Shown here: piece after piece, positions 19,900 through 24,000 of the stretch | Position numbering within the stretch: position 1 is the stretch's first letter | How the letters are laid out: the number at the start of each line of letters is the position of its first letter | NCBI RefSeq assembly: GCF_009674805.1 | Contig: NZ_WKKI01000028.1 | Location: 22,774-46,773, forward strand | Reading direction: 5' to 3' | Length of the DNA: 24,000 nt | DNA from: Metabacillus lacus | Lineage (GTDB): Bacteria; Bacillota; Bacilli; Bacillales; Bacillaceae | Notes under the pieces: model-generated | Database searches by the model: none | Told to the model about the DNA's origin: nothing | What the model saw: only the letters and a program-made list of their open reading frames with translations | Position numbers and translations under genes: made by a program

Positions 19900-20310
19900 T
19901 TACATTTCTTGATCAATCTCAGTTTCTTGCGTTTTTACTGATTCAAACTGCACACCTACAACATGAACATTTACTTCATTAATATTTAGTGCGGTCATAT
20001 TCAGAAGAGCCTGCCTGATATTGTCTTGAATTCTTTGTGCCACTGCCGGGATCGAAACGCCAAAGATCATCACACAGTAGATATCTACAATAATGCCTTC
20101 TTCAGATAGCTCAACTTTCACACCTTTGCCGTGGTTCTTTTTGCCGAGGCGTTCAACTACACCAGCTGCAAAATTCCCGCGCATTTGGGCTACTCCATCA
20201 ATTTCGGAAGCAGCTATTCCAGCAATCACTTCAATGACTTCCGGAGCGATCTCTACTTTACCCAGCCCGTTTTCTTCCTGGCCCATTTCAAGTATTTTAT
20301 TTTCTTTCAC
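19900..20310 (-). CDS. yqhY: Asp23/Gls24 family envelope stress-like protein (YqhY)
   Basis: GKVEIAPEVIEVIAGIAASEIDGVAQMRG...GVKVELSEEGIIVDIYCVMIFGVSIPAVAQRIQDNIRQAL; adjacent to accBC as in Bacillus. Confidence 0.93.
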   Translation of the reverse strand: MKENKILEMGQEENGLGKVEIAPEVIEVIAGIAASEIDGVAQMRGNFAAGVVERLGKKNHGKGVKVELSEEGIIVDIYCVMIFGVSIPAVAQRIQDNIRQALLNMTALNINEVNVHVVGVQFESVKTQETEIDQEM

Positions 20311-20332
20311 TTAAGGCACCTCCAATATTGAA

Positions 20333-21685
20333 TTAAGCGTCCATTAATGGATGTAATTCCAAAAATTTGGTATTGAATTCTCCGCCTGTAAATACATCAT
20401 GCGAAAGAAGTTTCAGATGGAAAGGGATTGTTGTGGAAACTCCCTCTATAACAAATTCATTAAGAGCACGTTTCATTCTTGCGATCGCTTCATCCCTGGT
20501 TGCTCCATATGTAATTAATTTTGCAATCATTGAATCGTAATAAGGCGGAATCATATAACCGGGATATACCGCTGAATCTACTCTAACACCCAGGCCGCCG
20601 GGGGGCAAGTACATTTCAATTCTCCCTGCAGAAGGCATAAAGTTTTTATAAGGATTTTCAGCATTTATTCTGCATTCAATTGCCCAGCCGCTGAAAGTCA
20701 CTTCTTCCTGAGACACTGAAAGCTGCTTTCCGGATGCTGCGTATATTTGTTCTTTGATAAGATCAATGCCGGTTACCATCTCGGTTACAGGATGCTCTAC
20801 TTGAATCCTTGTATTCATTTCCATGAAATAGAATTTTTGTTCCCTATAATCAAAAATGAACTCAATTGTTCCTGCACCTGTGTAATTTACAGCCTGTGCT
20901 GCTTTAACGGCCGCTGAGCCCATCTGTTCCCTGACCTCTTCCGAAAGCGCCGGAGAAGGTGTTTCTTCCACAAGCTTCTGAAGTCTTCGCTGAATTGTGC
21001 AGTCTCTCTCACCCAAGTGAATCACATTTCCATGAGAATCAGCCAGCACCTGTATCTCCACATGGCGGAAATCTTCAATATATTTCTCAATATACACACC
21101 GGGATTTCCAAAAGCAGTAGCAGCTTCCTGCTGGGTGATTTGCAGCCCCTTAATCAGCTCCTGCTCATTTTTCGCTACACGAATTCCTTTTCCGCCGCCG
21201 CCCGCAGTTGCTTTCAAAATGACGGGATAGCCAATTTCTTCTGCTAAAGAAACTGCATCTTTTTCATCTTTGATGATTCCTTTGGATCCTGGCACTATCG
21301 GAACATTGGCTGCCCTCATCGTTTCTCTGGCAACATCCTTTGTTCCCATTTTATTAATTGCATCAGAGCTTGGCCCGACAAAAATGATGTTGCACTCTTT
21401 GCAAAGCTCGGCAAAATCAGCATTCTCGGCTAAAAATCCATATCCGGGATGAATGGCGTCACAAGCTGTCAGCTTTGCTACGCTCAATATATTAGTGATA
21501 TTTAAATAACTGTCTTTAGAAGCAGTCGGACCGATACAATAGGCTTCATCAGCAAGCTGAACATGGAGCGCTTCCCGGTCAGCTTCCGAAAAGACAGCAA
21601 CAGTTTCTATCTCCAGTTCTCTGCATGCCCTGATAATCCGTACTGCAATTTCTCCTCTATTGGCAATTAACAATTTCTTTATCAT
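20333..21685 (-). CDS. accC: Acetyl-CoA carboxylase biotin carboxylase subunit
   Basis: [36 protein letters not shown]; [15 protein letters not shown]; [25 protein letters not shown]. Confidence 0.97.
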   Translation of the reverse strand: MIKKLLIANRGEIAVRIIRACRELEIETVAVFSEADREALHVQLADEAYCIGPTASKDSYLNITNILSVAKLTACDAIHPGYGFLAENADFAELCKECNIIFVGPSSDAINKMGTKDVARETMRAANVPIVPGSKGIIKDEKDAVSLAEEIGYPVILKATAGGGGKGIRVAKNEQELIKGLQITQQEAATAFGNPGVYIEKYIEDFRHVEIQVLADSHGNVIHLGERDCTIQRRLQKLVEETPSPALSEEVREQMGSAAVKAAQAVNYTGAGTIEFIFDYREQKFYFMEMNTRIQVEHPVTEMVTGIDLIKEQIYAASGKQLSVSQEEVTFSGWAIECRINAENPYKNFMPSAGRIEMYLPPGGLGVRVDSAVYPGYMIPPYYDSMIAKLITYGATRDEAIARMKRALNEFVIEGVSTTIPFHLKLLSHDVFTGGEFNTKFLELHPLMDA

Positions 21686-21696
21686 ATTACCGCTCC

Positions 21697-22206
21697 TTAT
21701 TCAGGCTTTACTAGGAATAAAGGCTGTCCATATTCTACAAGCTGCCCGTTTTCAACTAGTATTTCCACCACTTCTCCGTTAACCTCAGCTTCAATTTCAT
21801 TAAACAGCTTCATCGCTTCCACTATGCATACGACAGAGTCTTTGGAAACTTTAGAGCCATTTTTGACAAAAGCTTCGGCATCAGGGGAAGAAGCAGAATA
21901 AAAAGTTCCCACCATTGGAGATGTAATTTTAACGAAGCTGCCGGCACCGGCTGATTGAGAGTCTTTTGTTTCTTTCTGTTCGGCCTTAGGAGCCTCAACA
22001 GCTTCCGGCGCTGCAGCTGCAGGAGCTGGCTGCTGAGCAGGCTGAACAGCCGGCGCAGAAGGAACAGACTGAATAACCTCTTGTCCTTCAAGGACAGCGT
22101 TTTTCTTCATTTTAATTTTAGAACCTTCATGTTCGTAGGTAAACTCATCAATAGATGATGTATCAATCAATTTAATAAGTTCACGGATTTCTTGGATTTT
22201 CAGCAT
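21697..22206 (-). CDS. accB: Acetyl-CoA carboxylase biotin carboxyl carrier protein
   Basis: C-terminal biotinyl domain [38 protein letters not shown]; Ala/Pro linker; upstream of accC. Confidence 0.97.
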   Translation of the reverse strand: MLKIQEIRELIKLIDTSSIDEFTYEHEGSKIKMKKNAVLEGQEVIQSVPSAPAVQPAQQPAPAAAAPEAVEAPKAEQKETKDSQSAGAGSFVKITSPMVGTFYSASSPDAEAFVKNGSKVSKDSVVCIVEAMKLFNEIEAEVNGEVVEILVENGQLVEYGQPLFLVKPE

Positions 22207-22543
22207 GAATAGTGCACCCCTTAAAGAATGTTTACAGAATTATTGTAAGATACTAATATTTTATAATCTAGTACTAAAATCAAGTGATATAATTACATCT
22301 TACGATAGACAGAGGCAAACATTCAACAGTTTCTCAAAAATTGGTATGGCCACCTTCTCTTTTTAGGGAATACTGCCTGATTATTTTTGCTTCCTATCAG
22401 CTATTATAATGCAAAAACACATTGGCTTAAACGATTGGGTATTCTGCCGTTTCCTCATTCACATGCAAAAGGCCCGCAATTTTAAAATATAGATAGCATA
22501 CCAATATGGTTAGACTTCCACCATTCCTAAACAAAAAAATGAC

Positions 22544-22577
22544 AAAAGGCAGTGAGAAGGACTTCCCACTACCTTTT
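22544..22577 (-). terminator. Rho-independent terminator of the spoIIIA operon
   Basis: Long imperfect inverted repeat AAAAGGcAGTGaGAAG...CTTCcCACTaCCTTTT, followed on the minus strand by GTCATTTTTTT; downstream of spoIIIAH. Confidence 0.8.
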
Positions 22578-22614
22578 GCCGACAATCTGCAGCCTGCTCC
22601 AGCAGGCTTTATTC

Positions 22615-23364
22615 CTAATTATTAGAAGGTTCAAAGGTGACAGCAACATCTTCCATCTTGTCTATTTCACCTTTTACCAGCATGATGATTTCGTTGGCTT
22701 TTGCTGCTGTTGCTTCCTTGCTCTTGACTGTGATTTTCACTTTGTTTCCATCAGCGCGCACTAGCGCATCATCATACCCCCGGGATTTTAAAAGAGTTTC
22801 AAGGATAGATTCTTTTGCCGCGATATCCTGTAATTCTCTCAGCTCGTCATACGCCCTGCTTTTTTCCACTGCTGATACATCCTTGTTTGCCACAGTATCC
22901 TGAAGCTCTTGTTTACGCTCGCTTCTCGCATCCTCAAGTTCCATTCTCATTGTGGTAAACAGTTCATCGCTCTCAACGCTTGAGATAACAGTTCCATCTT
23001 CAAGCTCTTCTGTTACTGCATCTTCTTCAGTTTGCTGCTTGCCATCCTTGGATGTGCCCGGCTGCTCGCCATCTTTTCCAGGCTGTTCTGCCCCTTCTTT
23101 ATCAGCAGCCCCGTCATCTTTAGGCTGTTCGCCGTCTTTAGGCTTTTCTTCTCCTGCAGGCTGTTTTTCTTCTGCAGGTTTTTGTTCACCCTTTTCGCTT
23201 TCTTCTGTCATTTGATCAATGGACTGCCCTTCAGACTTTTCGCCATTACCTGTCATCACGACATTATTTGTATCGTTTTCAGGTGATGTAATATAATACA
23301 CAGAAAGTACTACGACCAGGCTAAGCATGGTCAGCAACCATACAGTTTGTTTCTTCAGCATCAT
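22615..23364 (-). CDS. spoIIIAH: Stage III sporulation protein AH (SpoIIIAH, channel component)
   Basis: N-terminal TM (KKQTVWLLTMLSLVVVLSVYYITS) and C-terminal domain RSEARKQELQDTVANKDVSAVEKSRAYDELRELQDIAAKESILETLLKSRGYDDALVR... Confidence 0.93.
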   Translation of the reverse strand: MMLKKQTVWLLTMLSLVVVLSVYYITSPENDTNNVVMTGNGEKSEGQSIDQMTEESEKGEQKPAEEKQPAGEEKPKDGEQPKDDGAADKEGAEQPGKDGEQPGTSKDGKQQTEEDAVTEELEDGTVISSVESDELFTTMRMELEDARSERKQELQDTVANKDVSAVEKSRAYDELRELQDIAAKESILETLLKSRGYDDALVRADGNKVKITVKSKEATAAKANEIIMLVKGEIDKMEDVAVTFEPSNN

Positions 23365-23377
23365 TTATAATTCCTCC

Positions 23378-24000
23378 TCAACCTTTTTTAGCTGCAACTG
23401 CAACCTGATGGCTCGGCACACCGAGCACTCTGGTAACTGCATCAATGATATTTTTCTTTATTTGAACGTTGTCTGCCCCTTTGGCCACAACGAGTACACC
23501 GCGAATGTCAGGTTTTTTGGTTTGAAGGACGAGAGGTGTCTCTTGTTCTCCGTTTTTGTACATCACTACCTGCTCATCTATCTGCTGATCTGTTACTTTT
23601 CGTGTTCCGCCTTCGCGATCACTTTCATCAGTGGTCTGGCTTTGTGATACACGATTTTTTTCAATGACCTTCATGGAAGTGGCGTCTACGTTAACAAGTA
23701 CTGTGACATCCTCCACGCCTATCATTGTTTCCAGCGCTTCCTTGAGCTGCGTCTCGTACTGATTTTCATAATCTTTAATAGATCCTTTTTCTGCTTCATT
23801 CGATGATTTAAAGACTTCAGCATCATCCTGTACAGCTTCCTCAGAAGCCGGGATGGACGGTCCTGCATGTTGTTCTGTAGTAAGGAGATTACTGATCAGC
23901 ATAAAGGAAATTCCTGCTGCCAGGAGAAGAAGAAAATAGTGGGATTTGCTCAGCTTGCCATCCCCGCTTCCCTTCCCCTGCAAAAGAATTTTTAGTTTAT
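23378..24000 (-). CDS. spoIIIAG: Stage III sporulation protein AG (SpoIIIAG), 5' end off window
   Basis: KSHYFLLLLAAGISFMLISNLL...ETMIGVEDVTVLVNVDATSMKVIEKN...IRGVLVVAKGADNVQIKKNIIDAVTRVLGVPSHQVAVAAKKG. The frame stays open upstream of the tracked TTG (23983) to the window edge, so the real start is probably outside. Confidence 0.92.
   Translation of the reverse strand, partial: KLKILLQGKGSGDGKLSKSHYFLLLLAAGISFMLISNLLTTEQHAGPSIPASEEAVQDDAEVFKSSNEAEKGSIKDYENQYETQLKEALETMIGVEDVTVLVNVDATSMKVIEKNRVSQSQTTDESDREGGTRKVTDQQIDEQVVMYKNGEQETPLVLQTKKPDIRGVLVVAKGADNVQIKKNIIDAVTRVLGVPSHQVAVAAKKG

Noticed and set aside
1-24000. CRISPR arrays, tRNA/rRNA genes, transposons or phage genes
   Set aside because: No regularly spaced repeats, no cloverleaf or rRNA-like stretches, and no transposase or phage proteins seen in the ORFs; the region looks like core genome.

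Overview
The window is a low-GC Firmicutes (Bacillus-type) chromosomal segment, almost all on the minus strand, with backbone order spoIIIAG-spoIIIAH-accB-accC-yqhY(Asp23 family)-nusB-folD-xseA-xseB-ispA-[ncRNA]-oapA-dxs-yqxC/tlyA-argR/ahrC-recN-spoIVB-spo0A, then yqiK, a DUF2627 gene (+), bkdR, ptb, bcd and buk. The most notable element is an ORF-free, GC-richer block of about 620 nt (about 14464-15081, minus strand) between ispA and a 201-aa basic, multi-pass membrane protein gene directly upstream of dxs. Position, size, partner gene, terminal pairing and a dedicated extended -10 sigma-A promoter together match the rare OLE (Ornate, Large, Extremophilic) RNA and its membrane partner OapA. 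OLE/OapA is a known but rare and incompletely understood RNP, so this is a candidate new representative rather than a new class. Secondary observations are a near-perfect sigma-54 (SigL) promoter upstream of ptb, matched palindromes flanking bkdR, a missed YycC-like small ORF, 0A boxes upstream of spo0A, an approximately 0.9 kb unexplained gap between yqhY and nusB, and an expanded charged linker in SpoIIIAH. All assignments come from reading the sequence and remembered family features; no database search or folding program was run.
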